Below, one piece after another: positions 1 to 9,925 of a stretch of DNA of 23,601 nucleotides. The translations under genes and the position numbers were made by a program. The stretch is from an uncultured cyanobacterium. GTDB taxonomy: Bacteria; Cyanobacteriota; Cyanobacteriia; Leptolyngbyales; Leptolyngbyaceae. How positions within the stretch are numbered: the stretch's first letter is position 1; the number at the start of each line of letters is the position of its first letter. The stretch is taken from assembly GCA_963766075.1 (NCBI GenBank), contig CAVYAN010000058.1, forward strand, positions 1 through 23,601. Reading direction: 5' to 3'. The notes beneath the pieces were generated by a model. The model saw only the letters and a list, made by a program, of their open reading frames with translations, made no database searches and was not told the origin of the DNA.

Positions 1-27
1 CGATCGCTTACCCCATTCGTTCACCTA

Positions 28-122
28 TAAGTAGGTAGGCGCAATTAAACTTACAACGACTTTCAATCACCGCAAGGGTTTCAGGTAAAGCCATCTTATA
101 TTTGATTCAGTCCACCTACTGA
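28..122. mobile_element. ~95-bp MITE-like short dispersed element with imperfect terminal inverted repeats
   Basis: Left end TAAGTAGGTAGGCGCAATTAAA (28-49) matches the reverse complement of the right end, TCAGTAGGTGGACTGAATCAAA (101-122), at 16 of 22 positions. No credible ORF. Resembles TAAGTAG-ended cyanobacterial miniature repeats (from recall, not searched). Confidence 0.45.
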
Positions 123-228
123 GTAATCCACAACCACAACCCATACATTTCGGTTAACCGCAGTTAAACATCCTCAAAATAAGGTGTAGGTTGGTAGATA
201 GGTAGCTTATGGGATAGGAGTTAGGCAA

Positions 229-942
229 ATGGCAGGTCAACTATTGCTGGTGGATGATGAACCCGGATTACGAGAGGCCGTCCAAGCCTATCTCGAAGAC
301 AGCGGCTTTACAGTCCACGTCGCCAGCAACGCCAAGGATGGGCTGCACCTGGCCCAGCAAAAGCTCCCCGACCTAGTGATCACCGACGTGATGATGCCCC
401 AAGTCGATGGCTTTCAGTTCTTGCAGCAATTGCGGGAAGACCCCCAATGCAAAAAACTGCCCGTCGTCTTCCTCACCGCTCGCGGCATGACCGGCGATCG
501 CATCCAGGGCTACAACGCGGGCGTCGATGCCTATATCTCCAAACCCTTTGACCCCGATGAACTCGTGGCGATCGTCACCAACATCCTCACCAAGCGCAAC
601 GCCCCCGCCACCGGCGACAGCGAAGAAACCCAAAGCCTCGCTGACATGGCCCGCCAAATCGCCGAAATTCGGGCCATGCTGACCCAGAGAGGCGCGATCG
701 CCCCGCAAAACGCCAACACCGTCAAAATCGACTTCACCGCCCGCGAAGCCAGCGTTCTAGAACTGGTCGTCGAAGGCTTGATGAACAAAGAAATCGCCCG
801 CCGCCTCGAAACCAGCGTCCGCAACGTCGAAAAATACGTCAGCCGCCTCTTCACCAAAACCAACACCAACAGCCGCACTGAATTGGTCCGATTTGCGCTA
901 GAAAACGGCCTGATCCGACGGCAAGACAATAGCGAAGGATAG
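229..942 (+). CDS. rre1: NarL/LuxR-family response regulator (Rre1/Ycf29-like)
   Basis: Receiver domain (LLLVDDE, DLVITDVMMP, FLTARG, YISKPF) plus LuxR HTH (GLMNKEIARRLETSVRNVEKYVSRLF). AGGAG RBS upstream. Confidence 0.88.
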   Translation: MAGQLLLVDDEPGLREAVQAYLEDSGFTVHVASNAKDGLHLAQQKLPDLVITDVMMPQVDGFQFLQQLREDPQCKKLPVVFLTARGMTGDRIQGYNAGVDAYISKPFDPDELVAIVTNILTKRNAPATGDSEETQSLADMARQIAEIRAMLTQRGAIAPQNANTVKIDFTAREASVLELVVEGLMNKEIARRLETSVRNVEKYVSRLFTKTNTNSRTELVRFALENGLIRRQDNSEG

Positions 943-952
943 GGCTTTCACC

Positions 953-1654
953 CTAAGCCTTAGCCAGCACCACCACACCACAGACCCGCAGGCCGGAGCC
1001 ACGGCAGGTCTGTACGGCTTCCCGTACCGTCGTCCCCGTGGTGTAAATATCATCCACCAGCAGGATAGGGCGCGCATCGTGGACCAAATCGGGATGGACC
1101 TGGAAGGCTTGGGCCATATTGCGTTCTCGCTGCGTCGGGCTGAGTTGAAATTGTGCCAAAGTAGACTTAGGGCGGGCCAGTCCGTGAGCCACCAACCGCA
1201 GGCGCGCCACCCGGCAGAATCGCTCCGCCAACAGTTCCGCTTGGTTAAATCCCCGTTCTTGAAGCCGGGTCGCATGCAGGGGAATCGGCACCACCACAGG
1301 CACCTGGGGCAGTTGACTCGCTGACGAGGCTAACCAGGCTTCACCTAGCCATTGCCCTAGTGGTTGAGCGAGTTGGGGCTGGTTTTCATATTTGAAGGCC
1401 GCGATCGCCCGCTTTAATTCGCCCCCATACATTCCCCAGGCAAAAACCGGCGGCAGTCCCTTAACCCCCGAGAACTGACGACTCGTCTGTCCCTGTTGCA
1501 GTTTGCGCTGACAATCCCGACAGAGCACCTGCGCTGTCGAGCGCTGGCACAGCGGACAGGGACTTTCCAGCGCAATACTGAGAAAATTACGCCATTGGTG
1601 GGACCATTGCTGAAGCCACACCCTGCGCCCGCCGATTCCGTTAAATCCTGGCAT
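953..1654 (-). CDS. comF: ComF family competence protein (Zn ribbon + phosphoribosyltransferase domain)
   Basis: CPLC...CRDC zinc ribbon, RGFNQAELLA motif, PRPP-binding LLVDDIYTTGTT. Exact start uncertain. Confidence 0.88.
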   Translation of the reverse strand: MPGFNGIGGRRVWLQQWSHQWRNFLSIALESPCPLCQRSTAQVLCRDCQRKLQQGQTSRQFSGVKGLPPVFAWGMYGGELKRAIAAFKYENQPQLAQPLGQWLGEAWLASSASQLPQVPVVVPIPLHATRLQERGFNQAELLAERFCRVARLRLVAHGLARPKSTLAQFQLSPTQRERNMAQAFQVHPDLVHDARPILLVDDIYTTGTTVREAVQTCRGSGLRVCGVVVLAKA

Positions 1655-2036
1655 ACTCTTCTGTGATATATTCAGTATCCTAAAATTGCCCGATTTTGCC
1701 TAGAATGCGTCAGCGTAGAAACTCATAGTTCCTATCAGCAGTTCCTGTCAGTTAGGTGCTATCAGACGGGTTTTTTGATGGCCTGGTTTTGGGTGGTGGG
1801 TGTCTGGTTGGATGAAACCTACGTTTGATGCGGCTTTAGTTTGATGAAATCTGAGTTTGATAAAACGTTGAGAAACCTCCACTTGTTTGCCGATCCCGAT
1901 TACGATCAGGTATAACCATAAAAAAGATTTTTCTATAGAATTTTGTTGAGGCAGGTTCACCAACGGTTTTGGCAGCCGCCTATGCGCATAACCCACCTGC
2001 ACCTTCATCAAAGGATCCCGCCTTTGCACCGTCATC

Positions 2037-4446
2037 GTGGATACCCTGTACTGGCTCCATCAGATTCATCCGAGCCATCGTCAACTCATCGGGAACAAAG
2101 CATTTCACCTGGGTCAGGCAGGGCAGCGGGGCTATCCGATAATGCCGGGATTTGTGATTTCTGCGGCTGTCGGTCGTCGCTTTTTGGAGCAGATTAATTG
2201 GCGTGATCCGCTGTTCACGGATTTGCCCCATTCGTCTCTGCGCGTGAATATTGAAAATCCGCAGCAACTTCAGGCGATCGCCCAGCGCATCCGGCAAACG
2301 ATTCACCACGCCGCCTTGGCCGATCCGGTCCAGCACGACTTAACTGCCGCCCTCGGCCAATTGAATACCACCAGTGTGATTCTCCGCCCGTCTCTGGTGT
2401 TGCCCGTCCACCCACCCCTAACCAGCCAATACCTCCACGAATCGGTGCTATTCAGCAGTCGCATCAGCACTACTGACCCCACCGCCGTTCTGAACAACCT
2501 CAAACTGCTGTGGGCCGAATTATTTGGGGCAAAAAGTTTATTTTATTGGCAGCGGTTAGGGCTGCCCTTGCACCGCATCGGCCTCGCTGTGATCGTACAG
2601 CCCATCTCCTCCGCGATCGCCGCAGGCACCATGCGCCCGCAAGCCAACCCCATAGAAATTCAGGCCACGGTGGGCCTCGGGATGGCGATCGCCCGTGGCG
2701 AAGTGTGTCCCGATTCCTATGCGATCGATCCAAACACAGGCGCTATTCAAACCCGCCGCCTCGGCATTAAATCCCTGGCTTACGAACTCCAGCCCGCTGC
2801 CACGCCAATGCTCCAAACCCGCTGGCTCAGCCCCGAGCAACAGGCTCTCTATGCCCTTTCAGAGGAAAATTTAGCCCAGCTTCTGCCCCTGACCCAGCGC
2901 CTGCGGACCGAATTTTCCACGGCCACAGAAGTGGAATGGGTCATTTCTGTCGGCCCCGATGGTACCCGCTCCTGTTTTCTGACCCAACTGATTTTACCGG
3001 GCCCCCGCCCAACCACCCGCGCGATCGTCCCCGCCGCATCTGAACCTGCCGCTACCCCTGAGAGCCTAAGTCTTGAGCACGCAGCGGCCCCACCTGGAAA
3101 CAGCCCAGAAAAAAACCCAGAAAAAAATCCGGAAGCAAGCTTAGAAGTCACCCCAGGCCGCTCGGCAAGCCACTTACTCGCCAAGGGAGTCGCCGCCGCA
3201 CCAGGGCGCGTCATCGCCAGAGCCACAGTGATGCAAAAAGTCGCCCTAATTCAGGATAGTGCCAGCGCCCCCTTAGCCCCCGGCACCATCCTGATTGCCC
3301 CCACCATTCCCCTCGATTGTTTGGACTGGATCCATCGGGCCGCCGCCATTGTTACCGAGCAAGGTACCTTAACCGGGCACACCGCCATTGTCGCCCGCGA
3401 AATTGGCATTCCGGCAGTTGTCGCCGCCGCCGGGGCCACCCAGCGCATTCGTTCCGGCGATTTAGTTCTAGTCGATGGCAATCAAGGGAAGGTGTATCGG
3501 GTTGCCGATGCCGCGATCGCCCCGCCGGATCGTCCGACACCCACCCTGCGCGCCACCACCGGAATTCGCCACACCCAACTATTAGTCAATCTGAGCCAAC
3601 CGGAGCAGGTGGCCCGCATTGCCCATCTGCCCATTGATGGCGTGGGCTTGTTGCGATCAGAATTGTTGATGACCACCCTGGTCCGCCATCATTCCGGCCA
3701 CAGCCTCCTCGATCTCGATCCCGCCGAGCTGACCCAGCAATTAACCCACGCCATCCAAAAATTTACCCGCGCCTTCGCACCCCGCCCCGTCTTCTATCGC
3801 GCCCTTGATTTACGTTCTACATGAATTTAAATCACTCTTACCCACCCCCGTCCGCCCCGAAGCCAACCCGATTCTCGGCATTCGGGGCACCTTAAGCTAC
3901 CAGCTCAATCCGACCTTGTTTGACATCGAGCTGGCGGCTCTGGCCTCAGCCCAAAAAGCAGGGGCCACTCATCTCACGTTGCTGTTGCCCTTTGTCCGGA
4001 CGGTCGAGGAATTTCAGTTTTGCCGCGATCGCGTCGCTGCCGCTGGTTTGATGCACTCTCCCCACTTCAAGCTGTGGATCATGGCCGAAGTGCCTTCCGT
4101 ACTATTTCTGTTGCCGGACTACGTCAAAGCGGGCGTGCAAGGCATCTCGATTGGCTCTAACGATCTCACCCAACTCCTGCTTGGCATTGATCGCGACCAC
4201 GAAGCCATGGCCCCCGCCTTCCCCCAAAATCATCCCGCTGTCATCGCGGCGATCGCCCAACTGATTCATCACGCCCAGCAGCTCGGCATCCCGTGCTCCA
4301 TCTGCGGCGAGGTCCCTGCCCAATACCCAGAAATCATCCCCGATTTAATCCGCTGGGGCATCACCGCTATATCCGTCAGCCCTGACGCCCTTGCTCGCAC
4401 CCACGCCGCCATCCTCCAGGCAGAAACCCAACGGGCGGAAGCTTGA
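2037..4446 (+). pseudogene. PEP-utilising enzyme (PEP synthase/PPDK-like), split by a +1 frameshift at ~3819 (real or sequencing error)
   Basis: 2037-3824 has the N-terminal domain (IGNKA), phospho-His swivel domain (TGHTAIVAREIG) and GVGLLRSE. The next frame to 4446 has EANPILGIRG, MAEVPS, SIGSNDLTQ and ICG. Removing A3819 gives ...DLRS-HEFKSL... and one continuous frame. Confidence 0.85.
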
Positions 4447-4479
4447 TTGCAGAAGCTTGATTGCAGAAGCTTGATTTCA
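4438..4479. repeat. 3 x 14-bp tandem repeat GAAGCTTGATT(G/T)CA spanning both convergent stop codons
   Basis: Units at 4438-4451, 4452-4465 and 4466-4479. Confidence 0.9.
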
Positions 4480-4947
4480 GTTGTATTCCCGCATGTCATC
4501 CATGCCATCGGCAAAGCCCGCGTACTTGCGATCGCCCAAGGACCAATCTTCGTTTTCACCGCCAATGATCAGGCTTTCCAGGTTCACATAGTCCTTGCTG
4601 AACTGCCGCAGGGCGTTGATCAAAACATCCAGGGCGATCGCATCACTCGTTCCCAAATCAAACCAGCAGCGGGCCCAACCGCCCTCGTATTCCACATCGC
4701 CCATATTGTGCATCAACGCCGACAGACTCTCTTCCGCCCCGTCGCCGTTATAGTCCATGTGACTGATTTCCAGGCCCACATCCTGCACCTGTAAACTTTC
4801 CGCATTAAACCCGCCCAACTTGCCGATAAAGAACCAGGAATTAAGCACCTCCTCCAGATATTGCTTCTCCATCTCGGAAGGATTCATGCCAAATTCGATC
4901 CAAATCCACACATTGAACGGGTCAAATTCGCGAAATTGCACATTCAT
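4477..4947 (-). CDS. DUF3531 family protein (conserved in cyanobacteria and plants)
   Basis: MNVQFREFDPFNVWIWIEF...GKLGGFNAESLQ...WARCWFDLGTSD resembles the family. ATG at 4947 preferred over the ORF-track start at 5055. Confidence 0.82.
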   Translation of the reverse strand: MNVQFREFDPFNVWIWIEFGMNPSEMEKQYLEEVLNSWFFIGKLGGFNAESLQVQDVGLEISHMDYNGDGAEESLSALMHNMGDVEYEGGWARCWFDLGTSDAIALDVLINALRQFSKDYVNLESLIIGGENEDWSLGDRKYAGFADGMDDMREYN

Positions 4948-5051
4948 AGAGCAGACCCAGCAAACTACAGAGTATAGGCTACCGCAGAAGGGGCCATTCA
5001 CTGTGAGATCTGGACAGAGTGAGATCTGAACATCCCCCCGCACGCACCCGA

Positions 5052-5948
5052 TCACTTTTTGCCCAGCTTCTCCTTAGCGCGATCGCGCTCCTTGGTAATT
5101 TGCTTCACTAAATTCGACGGCAACTGGGCCTGCTTTGCCAAGGCTTGATTGAAATAGTCAACGCTGGCGGGATTTTCTTGTCTTCGTAAAATTTGGGCCT
5201 TGAGATAAAGCAGTTCCGGATTGTCCGGCACCGATTGCAAAGCCCGTTCCACCGCAGGCAGCGCCTTGGCCATTTGCTTCATTTCCAAATAGCCCATAGC
5301 AATGCCGCGATCGGCCAAATAGCGGGGTCCGGCAAATTTCTCCAACCGATTCAACCCTTGATTGGGGCTGGAAAATGGCAAATTCAGCCCAATGAACAGA
5401 TCAATATACCCTTTGATTAAATTCAGCTCCGGATCGTCCTTGGACACAGCCTGCGCCGCATCCAAGTATTTAAAGGCTTGCTGGACCTTGCCCAATACCT
5501 GGGGTGTACCCTTGACGGTTCCCTGCTCCTTGTAAATATAAACCCCTTCCAAAAATTGCCCCACCGCCAGATACAAATTGCCCCGCAGGGGATCGCTAGC
5601 CAGCAGAGCCTGCGCCGTGGTTTGCGTTTTTTGAGCATATTCTAGGAACGCTGCTGGCAGGATCGCTGCATTCTTATCGCCCTCACTAAACACAAGGGCC
5701 GCTTTCAACGCAAAGGCTAACGGTTCATTTGTCTCTGACTGCTGCAATAGTTTGCTGGCTTCCTGGTAGTTGCCCCGTTCAAAGAGTTGGACAAAGGCCG
5801 CACTGGTGCGATCGCCAATTGCCCTGGTATTCGTTGCCCGAAACGGATCCTTTGCCCACCCCGGACTGCCCCACAAACTCAAGGCCAGCACTGTCAGACC
5901 CACCACCGCCCGAGGCCGCGCCATCCGCCCAGATTGCCATCCACGCAT
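5052..5948 (-). CDS. Exported TPR-repeat protein (Sll0314/Alr1548-like)
   Basis: Signal peptide ending ...PGWA-KDPFR. Motifs DPLRGNLYLAVGQFLEG, DPELNLIKG and PDNPELLYLKAQIL. Confidence 0.8.
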   Translation of the reverse strand: MRGWQSGRMARPRAVVGLTVLALSLWGSPGWAKDPFRATNTRAIGDRTSAAFVQLFERGNYQEASKLLQQSETNEPLAFALKAALVFSEGDKNAAILPAAFLEYAQKTQTTAQALLASDPLRGNLYLAVGQFLEGVYIYKEQGTVKGTPQVLGKVQQAFKYLDAAQAVSKDDPELNLIKGYIDLFIGLNLPFSSPNQGLNRLEKFAGPRYLADRGIAMGYLEMKQMAKALPAVERALQSVPDNPELLYLKAQILRRQENPASVDYFNQALAKQAQLPSNLVKQITKERDRAKEKLGKK

Positions 5949-6138
5949 AATTCTGAATCCCCACCGCCTAAATTGAGTATCGACGAGTCGCCAAGTTGGT
6001 TAGAGTAGGAGGACTGTCATCCAGCACCCTTTTTCCACCGCCTCCTTTTCCAGCGTCTCCTTATTTTGCACGACGTTTTCCCTGACCTCAAGTTCCCATC
6101 CGGTGTGGTCAATCCAGCCCCGCTCACCTCTTTTACCC

Positions 6139-6801
6139 ATGCTCCACGTTCGCAATCTCACCTATCATCCCCCCGCCACTCCCACGGCAGTCCTGAAGGA
6201 TGTCACGCTACAAATTGCCCCCCAGCAGTTAACCCTGGTGGTCGGTCCCAGTGGCTCTGGCAAAAGTACCCTCCTGGAAATTTTGGCGGGGCTGGCCGAA
6301 AAAACTCGGGGCACCCTCTCTTGGCGCGAACAGGAACTGACCGCCCTGCATTTGCAGCAACTCAGTGGGTTAGTCTTTCAGTTCCCCGAGCGGCACTTTT
6401 GTGGCAATACCATCCTGGAAGAATTGCGGTTGGGGCATCCCGATCTGGGCAGCGATCGCATTGAGTACGCTCTCACCGAAGTGGGACTGGCGCACCTCTC
6501 CCTACAAGCCTCTCCCCAAGCCCTCAGCGGTGGTCAGCAGCGCCGTCTGGCACTGGCAGTGCAACTTATTCGTCAGCCCCATATTTTGCTCTTGGATGAA
6601 CCGACAGCGGGCCTAGATTGGTCCATGCGTCGCCAGTTGATCGCCCTCCTGGCCAAGCTCAAAACCCATTGGAGTCTGTTTGTTGTCTCCCATGATGCCG
6701 CCGAAATGGTGGATATCGCCGATCAATGTTGGACCCTGAGCCATGGCAAACTCGCGGCTGTCGCGCCCGCAGATCTAAAAGCGCGCCCGAGCAGATCTTA
6801 G
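6139..6801 (+). CDS. ABC transporter ATP-binding protein (ECF/CbiO-like)
   Basis: Walker A GPSGSGKST, Q-loop VFQFPE, signature LSGGQ, Walker B LLLDEP, H-loop VSHD. ATG at 6139 preferred. Confidence 0.9.
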   Translation: MLHVRNLTYHPPATPTAVLKDVTLQIAPQQLTLVVGPSGSGKSTLLEILAGLAEKTRGTLSWREQELTALHLQQLSGLVFQFPERHFCGNTILEELRLGHPDLGSDRIEYALTEVGLAHLSLQASPQALSGGQQRRLALAVQLIRQPHILLLDEPTAGLDWSMRRQLIALLAKLKTHWSLFVVSHDAAEMVDIADQCWTLSHGKLAAVAPADLKARPSRS

Positions 6802-7002
6802 GCATTTTAGAGCGGCATCTTAGAGGCATCGGCAGTGTGGAGGCATCGTGGCGGGGCGGAGATGCCGCGATCGCAAACCCTTGCCTGGGCCATTTTTAGC
6901 GGAAAGAACCGGGCGAGTCAACTGGGGAAAAGAGGGCACCGATGGGGCACGAAGCAGCCTACAATCGAGGCATCGTGTTGATTGTGCCCTTGGACTATTT
7001 CC

Positions 7003-7923
7003 ATGCCAGCTTTATATCCCGGATTGACTGCTTTTGACCCTGTTTTTGGCGCTGCGGCATTGCCGTTAGCCTTTCAGTTTACGTCGCCCGGACCCATCAT
7101 TTTTGACTGGGGTTGGCTGACTCTGCGCTGGTACGGGCTGCTCATTGCTTCGGCGGTACTCATTGGGGTTAACTTATCCCAGGCGCTGGCAAAACGGCGA
7201 CAGGTAGATCCAGAAGCGCTCGCGGATTTGGCCCTGTGGCTTGTGCTGGCAGCTATTCCGTCTGCCAGATTATATTATGTGCTGTTTCAATGGCGGGACT
7301 ACGCCGATCAGCCGGGAAAGATTCTCGCCATCTGGGAAGGAGGGATCGCCATCCATGGAGCCGTGATCGGTGGCTTATTGGCGAGTTTATTGTTTGCCCG
7401 CATTCGCCAAATCCCATTTTGGCAGTTGGCAGATTTAGTGGCCCCGTCGTTGATCCTGGGGCAGGCGATTGGGCGCTGGGGCAATTTTTTCAACTCCGAG
7501 GCGTTTGGCAGTCCAACCGACCTGCCCTGGAAACTGTTGATTCCGGAGACGCGGCGACCCCTTGGATCGGGGGCGATCGCCTATTACCATCCCACCTTTC
7601 TGTATGAATCGCTGTGGAACCTTGTGGTGTTTGGCATCCTGATGGGGCTATTTCGCCGCAGCATCCAACCCCATTCCCCCATCAAACGGGGCACGCTCTT
7701 TCTGGTCTATCTCGTAGGGTACGGCGCAGGGCGCGTGTGGATTGAAGGGTTACGTACCGATAGCCTGATGCTGGGCCCGTTGAAAATCGCTCAGGTTGTT
7801 AGCTTAATTGAAATGGGCGTGGGTATTGCCGGGTTGCTGTGGCTGTATGGGCGGCGGCGAGCCTTGCCGGATGTGGTTATGGGGGGGGCCAGAATCGGTG
7901 ACGCCACTGGCCCCGAACAATAA
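7003..7923 (+). CDS. lgt: Prolipoprotein diacylglyceryl transferase
   Basis: [45 protein letters not shown] and IEGLR motifs. Confidence 0.95.
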   Translation: MPALYPGLTAFDPVFGAAALPLAFQFTSPGPIIFDWGWLTLRWYGLLIASAVLIGVNLSQALAKRRQVDPEALADLALWLVLAAIPSARLYYVLFQWRDYADQPGKILAIWEGGIAIHGAVIGGLLASLLFARIRQIPFWQLADLVAPSLILGQAIGRWGNFFNSEAFGSPTDLPWKLLIPETRRPLGSGAIAYYHPTFLYESLWNLVVFGILMGLFRRSIQPHSPIKRGTLFLVYLVGYGAGRVWIEGLRTDSLMLGPLKIAQVVSLIEMGVGIAGLLWLYGRRRALPDVVMGGARIGDATGPEQ

Positions 7924-7967
7924 AGCTTTCTCAAAATATAAAAGTATAGAGAATCCAATCAAGCAAT

Positions 7968-8019
7968 AAAAAACCCTGAAGGGGTAATCCTCCAGGGTTC
8001 AATCAGGGTGCATCTACCA
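7968..8019 (-). ncRNA. NsiR1-like small RNA, copy 1
   Basis: Minus-strand core TGGTAGATGCACCCTGAT (8019-8002), then hairpin AACCCUGGAGG/CCUUCAGGGUU (its G-U pair works only on the minus strand) and a U-tract. TCCGGA lies 28 bp upstream. Confidence 0.7.
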
Positions 8020-8047
8020 CTCTATTCTTCCACGGGCATCCCGTTTT

Positions 8048-8053
8048 TCCGGA
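8048..8053 (-). promoter_or_regulatory. DIF1-like TCCGGA box (~-35) for sRNA copy 1
   Basis: TCCGGA, 17 nt, GAAGAAT, then the core. Spacing is identical in all three copies. Confidence 0.7.
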
Positions 8054-8167
8054 AGCTTTTGCAATTGGACGTGCTTTTTAAGTCAATTTCCTCCGTAGTT
8101 TTCCCGCGATCGCCTCAGTGCTGTTTAGGGCGTAAAGTCGCCGCTTATCAAAAGCCATCCAGCAATG

Positions 8168-8218
8168 AAAAAGCCCCGAAGGGTTAATCTTCGGGGCAAA
8201 ATCAGGGTGCATCTACCA
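8168..8218 (-). ncRNA. NsiR1-like small RNA, copy 2
   Basis: Identical 18-nt core (8201-8218). Perfect 9-bp hairpin GCCCCGAAG/CTTCGGGGC (8173-8197) plus U5. Confidence 0.7.
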
Positions 8219-8246
8219 CTCTATTCTTCTAAACCCATCACAATTA

Positions 8247-8252
8247 TCCGGA
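8247..8252 (-). promoter_or_regulatory. DIF1-like TCCGGA box for sRNA copy 2
   Basis: TCCGGA 28 bp upstream of the core; the intervening sequence has diverged except for GAAGAATAGAG. Confidence 0.7.
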
Positions 8253-8405
8253 CATTCTGATAGCAATCTCAAATTTTGAAGGTGTGATTCTATTCCATCC
8301 GTTATCCGTACTGACTGAATCACCCTAGGAAATCACCCTACACCCACTGATTCACGCAGAATTCACTGAACCGTCACGTCTGGCACCATCACGTATCCTG
8401 ATAAT

Positions 8406-8457
8406 AAAAAACCCTGAAGGGGTGAACCTTCAGGGCAAAATCAGGGTGCATCTACCA
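8406..8457 (-). ncRNA. NsiR1-like small RNA, copy 3
   Basis: Identical 18-nt core (8440-8457). Hairpin CCCTGAAGG/CCTTCAGGG (8412-8435) plus U6. Confidence 0.7.
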
Positions 8458-8485
8458 TTCCTTTCTTCCCGATCGCCGCCGGGGA

Positions 8486-8491
8486 TCCGGA
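8486..8491 (-). promoter_or_regulatory. DIF1-like TCCGGA box for sRNA copy 3
   Basis: TCCGGA 28 bp upstream of the core. Confidence 0.7.
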
Positions 8492-8694
8492 ACATTTGAG
8501 TGCAAACCTCAGTCCAGAAAAAATTTTCACCCAGAAATTTTTCCTAGAGGTTGGGTGACAGGCTCGGTCAGCAAGACAGTAACTCGATTCTCAAAACTCT
8601 GGAATCGCACAGTGGGGAAAACCCTGCCCCAAGACCTGTTGGCCGGGTCCGAATCTGCGCTAGGGTAAGGAGTGACTTTCTGTGGGTGGAATGT

Positions 8695-9801
8695 GTGGTG
8701 CTGCTGAGCCGTTCTAGGATTGCCCTATTCCTGCTGGCCAATGTGCTCTTGGCCAGTTGTGCCAATACGCCCTTGGGACAATCGCTGCAAAAATCCTTGG
8801 AGGCAGATCCCAAACTGCAATCCAGCCCCTTGGCGACCCCCATGGCGACGAGTATTACCCCATCGCCGCCGGTGGCGAGCAGTCCCACGCCCACCCCCTC
8901 CGCCGTTGGAGCCATGCCGCCGGACGCCGCACCCAGCGGAGTGGTCCAGAGCCCTGCTGTCCCAGGCTCTATAGATCGCGTCAAACCCTTTAGCGATCGC
9001 CTCTCCCTCGGATTATCAGGCGACTCCCTGGGCCTTCAGTCCGCCACCCCCACGGCCCTAGCCCCGTCCACCGTTGCCTTCACCGATCTAGAGAAAACGC
9101 CCCAACCGCTGCGACAGTACGTCTCCGAGGTGCTGCAACTGGGCGTGTTGACCTTTTCTCCGGCAGCAGTGGCCAAGGGAAATTCTGCTCCCAAGGCTGC
9201 TGACCCCAGCCCTGCTCCCAATCCTGAGCTGACTAAATTTGAGCCTAATAAAATTGTTACCCGCCGCGACTATGCCCGCTGGTTGTTCGCTGTCAACAAT
9301 CACCTCCATGCCGATACCCCCGTCCAGCAGGTGCGGCTAGGCTTGGAAACCTCCCAGCCTGCTTTTCAGGATGTGCCCCGCACCGATCCAGACTTCCCCG
9401 TTATCCAAGGACTTGCCGAAGCCGGATTGCTCCCCAGTCCCTTGTCTGGCGATAGCACAACAGTCGTATTTCGCCCCAATCAACCCCTAACCCGCGAACA
9501 TCTACTGCTGTGGAAAGTGCCAATGGATACGCGACAAGCGTTGCCCTTAGCCACCCTGGAAGCTGTGACCCAAACCTGGGGCTTCCAGGATACCGCACGG
9601 ATTGATCCCAAGGCGCTGCGGGCTGTACTCGCCGATTTTCAAAATGGTGATTTGTCCAATATTCGGCGCGTCTTTGGCTATACGACGCTGCTACAGCCCA
9701 AAAAACCCGTCACCCGAGCCGAAGCTGTCGCCGCGCTTTGGTATTTTGGCTTTCAGGGCGAGGGGCGATCGGCCCAGGCTGCCCTTGCCAAGCCGAATTA
9801 G
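8695..9801 (+). CDS. S-layer homology (SLH) domain lipoprotein
   Basis: GTG start at 8695 or 8698 gives a signal peptide with lipobox LLASC, then a Pro/Ser/Thr linker. SLH-type motifs FEPNKIVTRRDY, FQDVP, FRPNQPLTRE and PKKPVTRAE. Confidence 0.85.
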   Translation: MVLLSRSRIALFLLANVLLASCANTPLGQSLQKSLEADPKLQSSPLATPMATSITPSPPVASSPTPTPSAVGAMPPDAAPSGVVQSPAVPGSIDRVKPFSDRLSLGLSGDSLGLQSATPTALAPSTVAFTDLEKTPQPLRQYVSEVLQLGVLTFSPAAVAKGNSAPKAADPSPAPNPELTKFEPNKIVTRRDYARWLFAVNNHLHADTPVQQVRLGLETSQPAFQDVPRTDPDFPVIQGLAEAGLLPSPLSGDSTTVVFRPNQPLTREHLLLWKVPMDTRQALPLATLEAVTQTWGFQDTARIDPKALRAVLADFQNGDLSNIRRVFGYTTLLQPKKPVTRAEAVAALWYFGFQGEGRSAQAALAKPN

Positions 9802-9925
9802 CCCATTCGATCTTCGTTAAACTCCAAAATCTAAACTCCCGAATCGTTACGTCCTGCGAAGCCCGCTTCGGTTGATCCCCATCTTTTCTTACAATGGAGA
9901 CATAGGGCTTTGTTGAGGAAATCGG

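Noticed and set aside
10..94. 28-aa minus-strand ORF MALPETLAVIES...
   Set aside because: Lies mostly inside the MITE-like repeat and has no recognisable motif.
1748..2035. 95-aa minus-strand ORF
   Set aside because: Spans the AT-rich divergent promoter region, with no motifs and atypical codon use.
3810..3830. Programmed ribosomal frameshift
   Set aside because: No recognisable slippery run or stimulatory element, and similar one-base breaks occur in two unrelated genes.
3805..4446. Independent 213-aa gene
   Set aside because: It begins mid-domain at a TTG with no clear RBS and is the frameshifted C-terminus of the 2037 gene.
7998..8451. Small peptides starting ATG CAC CCT GAT (MHPD) within the conserved core, e.g. 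type I toxins
   Set aside because: Copy 1 stops after 4 codons, the other frames run through the terminator, and the ATG is only ~6 nt from the predicted 5' end.
7968..8491. CRISPR array
   Set aside because: Periods of 199 and 239 bp are far too long, each unit has its own promoter box and terminator, and no cas genes are present.
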